The translations under genes were made by a program, and so were the position numbers. A stretch of DNA of 64,000 nucleotides from Hormiphora californensis (lineage: Eukaryota; Animalia; Ctenophora). Position 1 is the first letter of the stretch. Each line of letters begins with the position of its first letter. Below, piece after piece: positions 12,644-26,577 of the stretch. The notes under the pieces are model-generated. The model had not been told where the DNA came from. It made no database searches and worked only from the letters and a program-made list of their open reading frames with translations. The stretch spans positions 4,464,001 through 4,528,000 of the forward strand of contig CM035355.1 of the NCBI GenBank assembly GCA_020137815.1. Direction: 5' to 3'.

Positions 12644-15600
12644 TCATTCTTCAGGGTACTTCCGTTTCTCCATCACCTTGATCTGCTCCATGATATCGGG
12701 ACTGGGGCTTCTGTCGTGGTCCTTCTTATTCCAGTTCTTACTGACACCGTCCAACTGGTCTGAGAAGGGGAGGAGGACAGGGGGTTAGTAATGGTCTGAG
12801 AGAGAGGAGAGCAGGGGGTTAGTAATGGTCATAGAGAGGAGAGCAGGGGGGCTAGTGATGGTCTGAGAGGGAGAGAGCAGGGGTTAGTGATGGTCTGAGA
12901 GGGAGAGAGAGCAGGGGCTTAGTGATGGTCAGAGAGAGGAGAGCAGGGGGTTAGTGATGAAGAGGAGAGCAGGGGGTTAGTAATGGTCAGAGAGAGGAGA
13001 GCAGGGGGTTAGTAATGGTCAGAGAGAGGAGAGGAGGAGGTTAGTGATGGTCAGAGAGAGGAGAGCAGGGGGTTAGTGATGGTCTGAGAGAGAGAGAGAG
13101 CAGGGGGGGTTAGTGATGGAGAGGAGAGAGAGCAGGGGGTTAGTGATGGTCTGAGAGAGAAGAGGAGGGAGTTAGTGATGGTCTGAGAGAGAGGAGAGGA
13201 GAACAGGGTGTTGGAAGGGCATACTAGCTGCACTAGGGCCAGGAGGTACTGTTTATGGGAGATACATGTTAGACGTTAGTGAACCCACAAAACAGTCGGG
13301 AAATTCTTGCTAATTCTGTTGATTTGTCACTGCCAGCCTAAAAACTCAGAGAGTTACATGATATATCCCCTCTCACTTACTGAGGGACTGTTCATCTTGC
13401 TCGTGTGCCTCCCATTTCGATTTGCTGGCAGCAGTAGTAGACAGGTCAGGGTCAGGATCAGGTGTAGATGATGTGGTCTGGAGAGTGTATACAAATGTAC
13501 ACATGTTGTACAATGTACACAAATGTACTCGTCATGTTGTACAGTGTATACCGAGTGTATTGTGTATATCCACCGTTTATTATACACCACGATCGTGGAA
13601 GTGTTATTATTGTGGGCGACATAGCACGAACATATATACAAAACACAGCAGCCGGAAACCTTAATACAACCCAAAAACCTTCCTTCTTGTTCTAGATCAT
13701 TCCCGGTTGTATAACACAAGTTACTAAGTTTATGATCAATTAAACTATGATCAATTAAATCAATGATTTATTTATTCCACCCACTCTACTTACAGCACTA
13801 CTTGTCTCTATAGGAGACGCCGTCCATGTCATTGTCATCACTTCCCTCATCCATCTCTACCTGCAATGTCATGGTAATATTCGTGCATTGTTGAGTACAG
13901 TCGGACCCATCTAGGCCGCTCTATGGGGGAAGCTCATCCTCCCGGTAAATCGGGGTTCCGGTAAATCGGGGTCCGACTGTAATATGGGGTGAGAGAGGTT
14001 ATCCACCCCCTAATAGTCAGGGTCAATAATTGTAGTTGGACAAGAGGCCTCTGGGCTAGGCCGGTAGTACATACGAGGAGCGAATCATCAATCAACCATG
14101 TTAGTAAATAATTGCCCAAGAAATGAAGGACCTACCTCTTCGATCTCTGTTCCCTGTAGTACGCCCCTTAGATCGAGTCTGATGTTGTGATCAGGAATAG
14201 GTTCCCACTCCTTATGGATCTGTTGGAACATTGGAGTCAACGTTGGGTCATCAAATATAACCATCGTAACCATGGTGACCAATGGTAACTAACACAGGTG
14301 TACCGTTCTTCCCGTTTTTTGCAACAAGATAGTACCTGTGCAATATCCTCTAAACCTCGTTTATGAGCGCTGTTAGCAGCACAACTGTCCGGGAAGCTCT
14401 TGATCTCCGCTATGTACACCTGGAACCCCTTACACTTGGCAGCGCTCCAAAACTCAGAGAAATGGACCACTTTAGAGTTTACCGAATCTGTGGAAAAGGG
14501 TGTGTTAATTTTGTTATTTGTGCAGCTCCCACTTCCGACCCTCGGCTGCTTCTTGATCCAGCATGATCAGATCGGATTTACAACCAGCTTATTGTATTGG
14601 AACGGGATTGGAACAGCTAAGCTCGGAAATATATATATATATATATGATTGGTTACCCCTATCATTGCTTTCACGGAGGGGTAATTTCATTACCAAAATA
14701 TAAGAGGGTAAAGCTTACCAATGATGATAAATTTGAACCATCCCTCGTTCAAGTTCTTTTGGAATGCTTTCAGCATGCTGCCTCTATAACTCTCCTCCAT
14801 TTCCTCTTCGTACTCGTACTCGTTCTCCTAAATAGTGGTGAGATGGTGTAGTACTGTTTTCACTTAGATCAGGATGGGAGACTTTGTAGACAGCGGAGTA
14901 ACTGCAGAGTTGATATCATAATATAACAACTAACATCATTTAGAAAGTAGTCATCTAAAGAGAGGATTCTTGGTGCACTTCCCCCATTCTCCACCTCCAA
15001 ATCTTTCAGTTTCTTGGCGAGAGGGCTCTTTCCTGAGCCAGGGAGACCACGGAGAATAATCACAATCTAAGGGAAGGGGGTATATTGCGTAGATGATAGA
15101 TTATACTCATTACTTGGTGACAAGTCCCAGCTTTCACAATTATAAACAGGGTGTCGTAATAACTGCTATCCCCCTTTACTATCAGTACACTGTGCAATGT
15201 GGCATGTGCAATGTGCATACCTTATCGGGTCGTTTCCCTCGACCGGGTGGGAAGAGTAAATCCTCGGCAGGGACAGGGGGAGCCTTTGGTTTGGCAGGTC
15301 GGGCCCTGGGTCTCACTTGGGGCGGGCCAGGGGGAGGTCTGATGCTGGATGCAGGGGGTGGTGGAGGTCTGCTGGGAGAGGGATACCGGGGTGTTGCTGA
15401 AGGAGGGGGAGGGGGCCGTGCTACAGTCCTAATGTTCTGAGGAGGAGGGGGAGGCCGGGTAACTATCTTTCTCCCATCTTGTTGAGTGTCTCTCCGAGCA
15501 GGTGAGTCAGATCTCTCTAACGATCTCTCTGTTCTCCGATTATCTGATGATTTACTGTCGGACCCGCGGTGCTCACGGTCTCTGGATGACGGTCTATCAC

Positions 15601-18600
15601 TCCTATCCCCTGATCTCCTGTCATCACGATCTCTACCCGTCGGATCGGTGGGAATCTGATCTCCTATTTTCATCACGCGATCTCCCATCAGTCCTCCTCT
15701 CCCCTCTCTCCCGATAATGTTTCGGTTCCCTGCTACCCCTCTCCTCTTGTCTCTCACTATCACTGCGTGGCCTATCATCTCCATCTTCCTTGTTTAGCAA
15801 TGATGCAGTGAGCGCCTCACTAATCTGTGCAGTGAACCGCTCTACAGTTCCTTCCACTAACGTCTGTAATACTTCATCGGCTACTGTAACACAGGTGTTT
15901 TTGCGTTAGTTATTGGGCGATATATTTATCGGGGCTTACTTTGCGAATCAATTTAAATGAAATTGGTTTTGGATAAAAAATAGGGCAATTCCTTTTTGGA
16001 AATTTGTTAAAGAATTTCAGCGCAATATTTGTGTCTCGAGATATATATCAGAATTGTTCGTGCCACCCTTTCTAGATCTCACGCCACGTGTATATCACTC
16101 CTATTACCATTCTTGACCACGTGTAATTCATATAACATATATCAGTATAAAACTCTGTGATAGTGCTGCCTAGTACACTGTCAAACAACACACAATAAAT
16201 AGATCCTGTCCCAGAAGCTAGAACTCTCTCAATTCAGTACCCTCCGCGATTGCTGTAGGCAGGTCTCGATGATCGGTAGGCCGGTTTGGCGCCTAAAAAT
16301 GCCGGCCGAGAACCAGACTGTGGCGCCTCTTCTACCACAGGGGCGGAAGGTTGTGGTGAACCTGAAACATTTGGAAATTTAATAAATATTTCGATTGTGG
16401 AATATTACAGGAGTGAAAACTGAAAGTAGTTCCCAAACAGAGTAGGATATATATACTGATTGTGTATTTGATTGAAGGAATGAAAGCTCAGTACCTTGTT
16501 TTCCTGCAACTAAATCAGCAGGAGGTTTAATGACACGCCTCTTGGGTGGGGCTAGGTCAGCGGGTGGTACTATGACCCGTTTCGTAGGTACCGATCCAGC
16601 AGTACCAGTAGGTGCAGTAGGTTGAGGAGGTACCTCCTCCTGTTGTTTGACCAGATCAGCAGGTATTGCAATTTGGCGGCGAGCAACTGTCAGTTGCTTT
16701 TGTTCTGAAAGAGAGGGAGGATGTTGGCATCACGCTCATGAGCCCTTTCCAGCGCGCGGCAGTGTGGGAATAAAGAGGCGGCGCACGCGCGATAGAAATG
16801 CGCGAATCCCCTGACACTCATTACAAATCGTGCACCGCGCCCTACGTCAATGTAGAACCCCTTACATCCCCCACCATCTCGGTTCAGTGTGCCAATCCCC
16901 CTGTCTTACAACTTATACTCAGTAAACCAGTACAAATCCCCCATACAAACCTTTTGCATCAACTGTCGTCCATTCACCGTACGCAGGCGCCTCGTATGTT
17001 TTTGAGGGTCTCTTGGGCCAATAGTCAGGATTCACGTGCCGGCCTTCGGGCTACAGCGAAAAAAGGGAGGGGAGATAGAAAGTGGACCAAAATTATTTGG
17101 AGGGGAAATGTATTTGAAAGTTTCACAGAATGGCTCTAAACTCACATATCGACACCCATATTTCTGAAACTCAGACACCATTTCAGCGAGATCTGGGTCG
17201 CTACTACCAAAGCTTACTGGCAAACCCATACTGTGCAATTCACGTAGTGATATTTCTTCAACCGGTTTTTCTGAGGAAGGGGAGGAGAAAAGGGAGAGGG
17301 AAGGAGGGAAGGGAGGGAGAGGGGAGGGAGAGGGAATAATTCAGATTACCTAAGCAGATTAGTTTTCATTTCTATGTGTTTATTGGTCTACCGAACCCTC
17401 ACAGAGCGCTTTATGAAATAAAATGTATGTCACACAATGTGCACACTCATTGGTCGGCGCAGGGACAATTCAAATAGATCTCCGAGTCTTAAATTTTAAT
17501 TTTCAGTCGCCAAATTTTTAGGAATTGCCCTATTTTTTGCGTACATTTTGTCCCTAAAGATATCCCAAACCAATATCATATCATAACGACCTGATAATTC
17601 GTCTAAAGCGGGTCTAAAATGTGTCTATCAGCTTGATAAAGGCTGCTGTGTGTCTAAAACGTGTCAACCAAATGTAGATCTAACTTATCAGCTGTGTGTA
17701 ATGTACCTAAAATGTGTCTAAAATGTGTCTAAAATGTGTCTAAAATGTGTCTAAAATATGTCTAAAATGTGTCTAAAATGAGTCAAAAATGTGTCTGGAC
17801 AGTGGACACCCAACAACATACCTAAAGATGTATCCACAGCTGGTTCCTCCTCCTTCTGTTCCTGTTGTCCCCACTGTTCCTGTTGTTCGTAATGTCCCTT
17901 CTTCCCGTATTGTTCCTGTCCATACTGTTGCTGCCCGTACTGTTCCTCCTCATAATACTCCTCCTCAGCCCACTGTTCCTGATGTTGCTGCCCCCCTCCC
18001 CACCCACTGGGTAACTGCCTGGATGGGGGAGCTGCCCTCCTATAAACCACACCTCTAGTTGGGGGTGGTGCCCGGGGGCGAGGTGCGGGGTACCCTCTGG
18101 GGGCATAGTGTCTTGGTGCACCTCTAGTAGGAGGGGGAGGATATCCACCTCGCGATCTTCTGGCTACTACTGGAGGGGGATGATGGTACTCTTCCTCAGC
18201 ATACTTCATCCACATACTCTTCCTCATACACTTCCTCCTCTTCATAATGTTGTCCGTAGTACACCTTCAGCAGCAGGGGGTGGTGCACGGTACCTTGTAC
18301 GCAGTACCACGCGGTGAGGCATATCTAGTTGGTGGGGCAGGCCCCCTGGGTCTCACTGTACCTCGGGGTGGGGGTGTACCATATCTTGGAGGTAGGTGCT
18401 GGGTGCCGGGTGGGTCGGGTACTACCTCGAGGTACCATGCCTCGCGGTACAGCTCGGGCACGTGGCGGTGGGGTACCACGGGTGGGTGGTAGGTGGGTAG
18501 TAGTGCTCCTGGGGCCTGCTTCGGGCGGGTACTGGTACTGACCATACTGATCGTACTGTTCCTCTGGGTGATGGGCTGCTGCGGGGTGATGGGCTGCTGA

Positions 18601-19803
18601 TGGGTGATGGGCTGCTGCTGTCTCGTACTGGTGTTCATCATATTGAGACGGCGCTGTCTTTTCGTACTGAGACGCTGCTGTCTTCTCGTATTGATGTAGT
18701 GCTGGTGGGTGCTGGGTGTCGTATTGATGCTGAGGGACCGGTGGTGTCTGCTGCTTTTCATAGTGCTGCTGATCATACAACTCGTGCTGTGATTTTGGAT
18801 CGTAGGAGTGTTGTTGTTGCTGTTTTGCATCGTAGGAGTGTTGCTGTTGCTGTTTTGGATCGTAGGAGTGTTGCTGTTGCTGTTTTGGATCGTAGGAGTG
18901 TTGCTGCGGGGCTCGTTGTTGGTCGTGTTGCCCTGGGTACTGATGCAGCTGTTTCTGATCTTGTTGCCCCGGGTATTGCTGGTGTTGTTTTGGATCTTGT
19001 TGCCCTGGATACTGATGCTGCTGCTGATGCTGTTTATCCGAATTGTATGACTGGTGTTGTGGCTGATATTGGCTTTGCTGTTGCGTTGGCAACTGTTGCT
19101 GTTGCTGAGTTGACAACTGTTGCTGTGGCGACATGTATTGTTGTTGAGGAGATTGGTAGTGTTGCTGTTGCCACGGTGATGGAGCTCTTTCCAAGTGAGC
19201 TTTCTGAAACATAATGACAGAGGTAAAAACAGGAATAGCCTAACTGGCAGTGAAATATATCACCTAATCAGTACTGTAATTTAATTAAGTTATTATCTGA
19301 TAAACTGATTAAATATCACTTTATCTCACCTTTGTATCTTTCTGGGGTGAACCCTCAGGAGGAGGCGGTTTCCTTTTTTCACCGTGTTGTGGAGCTTTTG
19401 GCGCAGACCCACCTAAAATAGACAGTTATTGAAACGATAAAATGAGTAGTACATACATGACAGCAGGAAATATGTTAATGTTGTACTACAGACTACTATA
19501 CTACAACCTAAAAAGGCTCTCACAGTAATAATAGAAGTGTGCAATACACATTCAGTGATAATCACTGTTTTTAGTAAATAGAACATTACCTGCTGATGAA
19601 GGTGGTGGAGGGGGAGGTGGTGGAGGAGGGGGCGGACTGCCAGGGGGTGGAGTTGGGGTAGGTGGGGCCACACTGGGAGGAGGCGGATCCTTGGGCAGGG
19701 GTGGCTGTGATGGAGGTGGTGTGCTTGCCAGCGCTTCCTTGTAAACTCCATGTACTGCTTCAAGTAGTTCTCTCCCATTTGCATTCCTGGAGAGAGGGAA
19801 GGA

Positions 19804-19893
<90 letters not shown>

Positions 19894-19906
19894 GTGAGAG
19901 AGAGAT

Positions 19907-19959
<53 letters not shown>

Positions 19960-19992
19960 GAGAGGGAGTGAGGGAGTGAGAGAGAGATAGAA

Positions 19993-20023
<31 letters not shown>

Positions 20024-21286
20024 CAGATTTAACTTTTAAGATAGAGGTCACAAAGCAAGAGAGAATGTAGCGAGATACCTACCCTGTGCGACTACGGATG
20101 GAGGGTTGGCCGATGTAGTGGGAGGTTTAGGACCAGTTGGAGTTGGAGGTAGTGGCGGTTGGGTAACACCACCACCACCTGGCAGGGGTGGCGGTGCTCC
20201 GCTGGGAAGGGGAGGTGGTCCAGAGGGTGGGGGCGGGCCACTTGGAGGGAAAGATGGCGGAGCTGGGCTACCAGGGTATGAGTGGTTACCAGTTGGACCA
20301 CCTGAGTATGAATTGGGTCCACTGGGTCCAGTTGGGCCACCTGGGTAAGAATTGGGTCCACTAGGTGGGGTTGGACCACTGGGGTAAGAATTGGGTCCAC
20401 TGGGTGGGGTTGGACCACCTGGATACGAATTGGGTCCACTGGGTGGGGTTGGGTACGAGTTACTAGGAGGGGTTGGGCCACTGGGGAATGACGATTGTTG
20501 GTCACCAGGACCAGCCATAAGCGACATCGGCTGCCGGCCTGCCCCTACTCTGTTGTTAGCTGGCATGTTGTTTCTTCCATGTTGGTTACCATAGTTACCT
20601 CGGTTACCACCAAACTGGTTACCTTGGTTACCCATGTTGCTTTGATTCGCACCAGCCATTTGCGGCGGCTGATTGCTTTGGTTACCTTGGTTACCACCTC
20701 TAGACGGATAGGAGACAAGACCCTGCTGGTTACCTTGGTTACCACCGACCTGGCTTTGGTTACCTTGGTTACCAACGGCCTGATTTTGGTTAGCACCAAA
20801 GTTATTGCCTTGACTACCCTGATTTCCAGCGAACTGTTTTTGGTTACCATCAAATCGATTTTGGTTACCTTGGTTACCACCGAACTGATTGTTGTTACCC
20901 TGGTTACCTCCAAATTGTTTCTGGCTACCAAAATTCCCCTGTTGGTTGTTACCATGGTAACCACCTTTCTGCTGGTTCCCAAACTGGTTACCGCCACCTC
21001 GCTGAGTGTTGTTACCACCACGCTGGTTATTGTTATTGAACCCGCCGCGTTGGCTGTTATTATTATTAAAACCCCAGGAATTATTCCCTCCTCCTCCTCC
21101 TCCTCCCCATGATTGCCGGGGATTGTTATTATTGTTACCTCCTCGACCACCAGGAGGACCGCCCCTATTCTGCTGTCCCCCTCCACCACCACCCCGGTTC
21201 TGTTGCCCCCCACCAGGACCGCCCCTGTTCTGTTGTCCCCCACCGCTGCCCCACGAGGAGGTGTTGGGAGGTCGGTTAAAGCTCAT
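12644..21286 (-). CDS. YLPM1: YLP motif-containing protein 1 (ZAP3) homologue; long low-complexity N-terminus, C-terminal P-loop kinase-like domain
   Basis: Exons encode EDLLFPPGRGKRPDK, IILRGLPGSGKS..GGSAPRILSLDDYF, EYEYEEEMEESYR, HFSEFWSAAKCKGFQVY and WEPIPDHNIRLDLR..IEEVEMD, all characteristic of YLPM1. Large first exon 20082-21286; stop at 12644-12646. Apparent frameshifts near 18230-18420. Confidence 0.85.
12760..13200. repeat. ~30-35-bp degenerate minisatellite reiterating the last YLPM1 splice acceptor
   Basis: Units GGGGTTAGTGATGGTCTGAGAGAGAGGAGAGCA. The minus strand reads CTAAC..pyrimidine tract..CTCAG|ACC, identical to the true exon start CTCAG|ACCAGTTG. Confidence 0.8.
13898..13979. 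mobile_element. Short pogo/Tigger-like MITE (related copies ~9155-9237 and ~28069-28131)
   Basis: TA|CAGTCGGACCC ... GGGTCCGACTG|TA; internal CCCGGTAAATCGGG motif shared by the copies. Confidence 0.7.
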
Positions 21287-21807
21287 TCAGATCGACATTC
21301 TGGGTTCCTAGGTAAGGAATAACACTGGTTATATATCCAGGGTGGGGCAGAGAACACACACATTAATTTAACACGTTTTAAAAATAAAAGTATTTATATT
21401 CATTTAGAATTTTGATCACATCATCATGTCACAACACATTAACCGATTCGGGGAGATTTTTTAACAAAACGAGGCTCATCTCATCATGTTCCGTTCATGA
21501 AACATATTTTCTCTTCCTCTCTCTCTCTACAGCACTCTTTACAGTAACCAATGAATTTCTTCCAATAATTTATGACGTGATCAACAAAAAAAGCGCTTCA
21601 AGTATTCATGGTAAAACCACTCAGAAACCAACTTAAAAAGAGAGGAATCTTAGTGTGTCATTTGGGGCACATTACTTCAAATTACTTTTAAACCTCTCAG
21701 CTCACCAATGTCTTTTTCCAGTTCACCAATGTTACACCCGTGCTCGGTAGCACATAACTCGGAGGTTTACCTCTCAACCCCCTTTGATCCAACACACCAA
21801 CATGATG

Positions 21808-23797
21808 TTAGTTGATCCTCTTATAAAACAGCAGGTACGCAGGATCTCCCTGGAACGTGTTTCAGAACAGCCTTGTCATACTGGGTCTGCACCTTCTCAT
21901 CAGTCATGATAGATCCAGCTCATTAGAGACTGGTGGTAGGTCATGGCAGTATAGTGACCCCCCGCCGCGTGGGAAGCCATGATGTATACACCACCCCGAA
22001 CAGCCGGTATTCCCGACCCCCACACGCCGCTGCTCCTGGGGATAACATCTCATTTTGTATCGTCATCTGTACCCCAAAGTTGATCTCTTTGTGGAGTTTC
22101 TGGCAGGACTTAGCGGCCTCATCGTAAATGAACCGTTTCAGGTGGAGGATAAGAACGGGCTGGTAGGGATTCCAGGGTCTCTCTTCGATAGCACTTCACT
22201 TCATTCAGAGTGATCTGTTCTCTGTGTGTGAAGTTTAGTAGGGCATCCTCGACTGTGGAAATTGATGGATTCTGGATATCCAGCTGGAGGGACAGGAAGG
22301 GTTGAAGGGTAGCTGACTCCTTGGCACCTGCTTTAGTTACAACTGATCGGGTGAGACCCCCAAACAGCTCGCTAACCGGGCTCGTCTCGTTGTTGGATGT
22401 GTTTCGTGTCACTTGGATTCGCTTCTTTTTCCCGATCTGCTGCCACTCTCCTCCGTCCTCCTCTTGTGGAGGATCCATGATCAGGGGCAGGGAAACAGTT
22501 TTCTTTGCACTCCTGATAGCAGAGACCATCTCATCGTGGAGATTAGACAGGATGATTCCCAGGAATTCCTCCGCATCTTCCTGTCGCCCATTCTCGTTGA
22601 AACTCGGGATTTTACTTCGCAACATCTCGTAGATGGAGGTCGGTTCAAAGGGTGAATCAAAGTTGGCGTAGATCCCTGACATTAGGCGGATAACTATCAA
22701 AGAACGACTTGACAGCACAGAGAACAGGAGACACGGTGTAGTTTGGGATTGAGTTGTCTGATGACAGTGATAGAGTGGGGAGACAAGGAGTGCCTGGAGG
22801 GGGGCATGTGCGAAACAGTTGGTTGATTTGTTGATAAGACCCCTGGGGATGAGGGGAACTGTCTCAGAGTGAGTTATGGTCATGAGCTGGAGCTGGGAGC
22901 CCTAACATCATCAGCTCGTGGTCTTTAGAGGACACTATTGGCCGGGTTTCTGAGAGGATCTGGGGTAGCTTGGCAACTTGGGGCACTGTCTCCTGGGTGG
23001 GCTGGGTTTGTGGCTGGGCGGTATCTTTGAAACATGGAGGTCCACGGGTGGTGGTTGTTTGACCAAACTGATGCTGAGGGGGCGGCTGGTTTTTTGGCAG
23101 TTATCCAGGGTTCCTGTTCCTGGGCCTGGCCTGTACTTGTCGGTGAGGTGAAGGAGAGTTGGTTATCCGACCAAGACATGTCAGGCTGGGTCGACCATGG
23201 AGCGGGTGCTGCGGCCGCAAAGTTATTTTCAGGTGCAGCGGCAGCAAAGTTATTGTCGGGTGGTTGTGCAAAATTAGACGATTTCACTGCCTCTTCAATC
23301 AGCCTGTGCATAACATCGTTAATATCAGCCTTCTCTGGTGTTGATAGAATGGGAATACCGGAATGATCAGCGGATAGATTGAGAGATGGGAAGATGGGGC
23401 TGGGAATGTGAGATACCTCTCCTATTACAGAGGAGGTTATCACAGGCAGTCGCACTTCTTCTTCCTCTTCCTTTGAATAATAATCCTGGCTCATAGTTGT
23501 TGTAGGGTCATCAGGGGAAACGGCATCCACATCAACTGTTGCCCCATTCTCACCCTCAAACTCGAAATCGACGACATTCTTGAGGTCGTGAGATGAGGTA
23601 ACAATTTGACTGACCTCCTCACAACTAAACGACCCAAATGAGAGGGGAGCTGCAGCCTCACTGTCCTGCTGTAGTACACTCTGTTTGATGATCGATTCAA
23701 CCTCGCTCTGGGTGAAATCCCCGAAAAGGAGGTCGGGCACCACAGCGGTGGGGACTCCCCGATTGGTTGGCATGTTAGTGAATTGTAGGGTTGCCAT
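21808..23797 (-). CDS. USP10: Ubiquitin carboxyl-terminal hydrolase 10, intronless, with several apparent indels
   Basis: N-terminal FGDF motif; Cys box PRGLINKSTNC..LQAL; FEPTSIY, GRQEDAEEFLG..LHDEM, KESATLQPFLSLQLDIQ, HLKRF and terminal AYLLFYKR*. Split across ORFs 22925-23797, 22119-22883 and other frames down to 21808. Confidence 0.85.
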
Positions 23798-24035
23798 GGT
23801 TACATTCAGCCAGCCATCATGAGAGATGTAGCTGATAGAATGGGATGTTGAAAAGTGTCGAGGGTGGTGTCACCTTGATTTCATAGCTAGAAGGAATGAG
23901 AATGTGTGTTAGTTTGATGGATAAACCAGCGAGGTAACAACACAAAATTGGTAAATTCGATATCATATCATAGGTCATATTAACTTGGTAAATTTACAAA
24001 AAACTGTACAAAATAACAACTTAAAAACGGTATTT

Positions 24036-26059
24036 TCAAACCGGTACTTTCTTCCGTTTTCTGGTGCCCTGTTCATCACCTGACGGCAAAACATAAGCCT
24101 CCAAAACCTCACTCTGCAGCTTCCTTGACAATAACTTGCACGTCTGATCATTTTGATTTAGTTCGACGTTCCCACTATTTGCTAGCATGAGAGAGGTCAA
24201 GAATAACCGTGATACCTCCCTCCTGTCCTCTCCCCCTCCCACCAACTCAGTCAGCTCCAACACCTCCCCACTGCTCCCTGACAACTTGCTAATCAACCTC
24301 CTGCTGTAAGTACAAATATCATACGGTAACTGCCCCCTCCTCCGTATCCAAAATGGGTGATATCGTGTTCTCCCACGCCAACACTCTCTCCCGCAACTCA
24401 CTGACCCTCATCATACTCCTCGCCTCATCAGTGAATTTACTGACATGCTCCTTCACCAAGTCCCCGTAGGACAGCTTTATGTCGGCAGTGGTGAGGGCCT
24501 CCCGCTGACTCTCCTCAAGGGCCATTACCGCAGAGGAGTGGATGTCGTGATGATCCGGTTGTGGGGGAGGGCAGCTCGTTATTGTCATCCACAATCGTAC
24601 CATGGATATCCACGTCATCATCATCGTCATCAGCGCCACCTGCTCCTTCATAAACATCGTCATCATTGTTAGGATGTCTGAAGCTCTGCTCAGGAACCTG
24701 CAGTAGATCCGATGGGAGGGGGAGAGCGGGTGGCTTGGCAATCAACCTGTTCTTTAGCCGAGTATTAGCTTTCTTGTCCTTGGAAAGTGTGGCTTTGAAA
24801 AGTTCAATATTTTCTTCGAAGATGGGTTTCCGTAGGATGTTAGGAAAAGAAACGGGCTTCCGGAAGCTCCTCTTATCCAGCTTGAGAGCATTAGACAAAC
24901 TCCCGCCACTTGCCGCCTTCTTCCTCTTCCCTCTACTTGGCTTCTCGATGACACCCTTTTTAAAGGGTTTCACGGGCAGCTCCACATACGGATCCAAGTG
25001 ACAGTCAATCTTTGAAGTGTCAGGGGTGGGAATGAGAGGAACTGTGCGGCTCCTCAGGGAGGAAGAGGAGGAGGAGTGTTTGGTAGGAGTTTGGAAGGAT
25101 GGTGGAGGATCGTCATCGTCATCAACACCGAATGCCTCACCTCCATCGTCATCATCCATCCCTGCAGCAGCTAAAGTAGCATCATTTACCACAGTAGATT
25201 CACCAGGAGGATGAGTTTCATTGTTCTCTCTCTGCTCAGGAGCCACCGTGTTGTCGCCTCCTCCGCCCGGTGGTTCCCCAATACTAATGTCCATCTCGTC
25301 ATCCGGCAGCACAACACCAGGGGTGGTCGATCCCCTCTCCCTCAACTCCCCCCGTGCAAATCCATCATACTGCGACACTCTCCTCTTGAAGAATGGTGTC
25401 ATTGCTTTCAACTTCTGTTTCTGCTGTTGAGCAAAGAACATCGCGGAGTGGATATCAAAAGCTGCACAGCCGTGCTTGTTGATGAGTGATGTGGTAGAGA
25501 AGAAATCATCGTATGTTGCTACCAACTCTCCTCGTTTTCGATCAAAGATATTGTTTTCAGGGAGATCTCGTTTGGTAAGGGCGGGTGTGAGACAGAGTGG
25601 TAGCCGTGTTTTATAGTGAACACCCCGGCTAAAAGGTTTAATATCAACCCGCACCTTGGCTGATGTTGAGAGGTTTACAGGACCTAGCGTCATAGTCTCA
25701 TCCTCGCCATCACTATCTCCTCCACCCTCTCCCCCACCACCATCATCATCATCATCTCCCTTCTTCCCTTTCTTCTGTTTCTCAGCCACTAGATCCAAAC
25801 TATCAACTACAAGAGAGTACAACAGTTCCACCTTCTTGCTGTACACACCCGCACTTCCCTGGATCACAAGGGCCGCTTCTGCGAAGTTGTCGTGACCACC
25901 ACCTCCACCTTGTGACACAGTAAAACCACTCATGAACTTCTCGAGTTCTATTGAAATATCCACGTTCCAGTTTTTAGCGAGGTCCTTGATAGGGTTGATT
26001 AGTTCCTTGAGGGCCTCCAACCTCTCCTGGGATAGTCGGACATCCTCTGTTTCAATCAT
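24036..26059 (-). CDS. NCAPH2: Condensin-2 complex subunit H2 (kleisin beta), intronless, two apparent frameshifts
   Basis: PIKDLAKNWNVDI..LE and NFAEAALVIQGSAGVYSKKVELLYSLV (N-terminal kleisin domain); C-terminal EVSRLFLTSLMLANSGNVEL. Frame switches near 24565 and 24335. ATG at 26059 lies just after an AG acceptor. Confidence 0.88.
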
Positions 26060-26372
26060 TCTCTGGAAGGAGAGGGGTATTAGAGAGACATACATGAAAG
26101 GAAAGGGAGACAGAGTGAGATAGGAAAACTGAGAAAAGGAGACGGTTAGAAAGAGATAGAATGAGAGAGAGAGATAGCGAATAAGAAAATACAACGCAAT
26201 TTCTTGAAACAGTGTAACGGTAGGAATACAGTGGTAAAATTGTATTAAAAAGCATTACAGATAATAATATATTTACAAACGTTCTTTTTCATTCTCTTCA
26301 GTAGACTCGAGCACCATACTTTCTTCGAATGCAACCAAACATAACAAATATACTGTTCGTCATATTAAATAT

Positions 26373-26481
26373 CAGGAACCGACCGACACAAGTAAACAAC
26401 CAATCAGAACTCGTTATTAAGGTCACGTGACTGGTTATCAGCCAATCAGGGACCAGTATTTCCTGATTCGGTCGGTTCCTG
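26373..26481. mobile_element. 109-bp hAT-type MITE, copy 2 (opposite orientation)
   Basis: CAGGAACC..GGTTCCTG termini; perfect 8-bp TSD TTAAATAT. Confidence 0.92.
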
Positions 26482-26577
26482 TTAAATATATAATGTTTCG
26501 TCTTATCTCTACTGTCTACTAAGTGCATTGTATTTCATACTTCATAACAATTCAACATACAGAACTCTCACAGTACT

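Noticed and set aside
17751-26059. Frameshifts in YLPM1, USP10 and NCAPH2 as pseudogenisation or programmed frameshifting
   Set aside because: Motifs are otherwise intact in conserved genes and several shifts fall at G/C homopolymer runs, so sequencing or assembly indels are the simplest explanation. Needs read or cDNA confirmation.
26060-26194. Hydrophobic N-terminal extension of NCAPH2 in the ORF track
   Set aside because: It is the polypyrimidine tract upstream of the acceptor at ~26063; the real start is likely ATG 26059.
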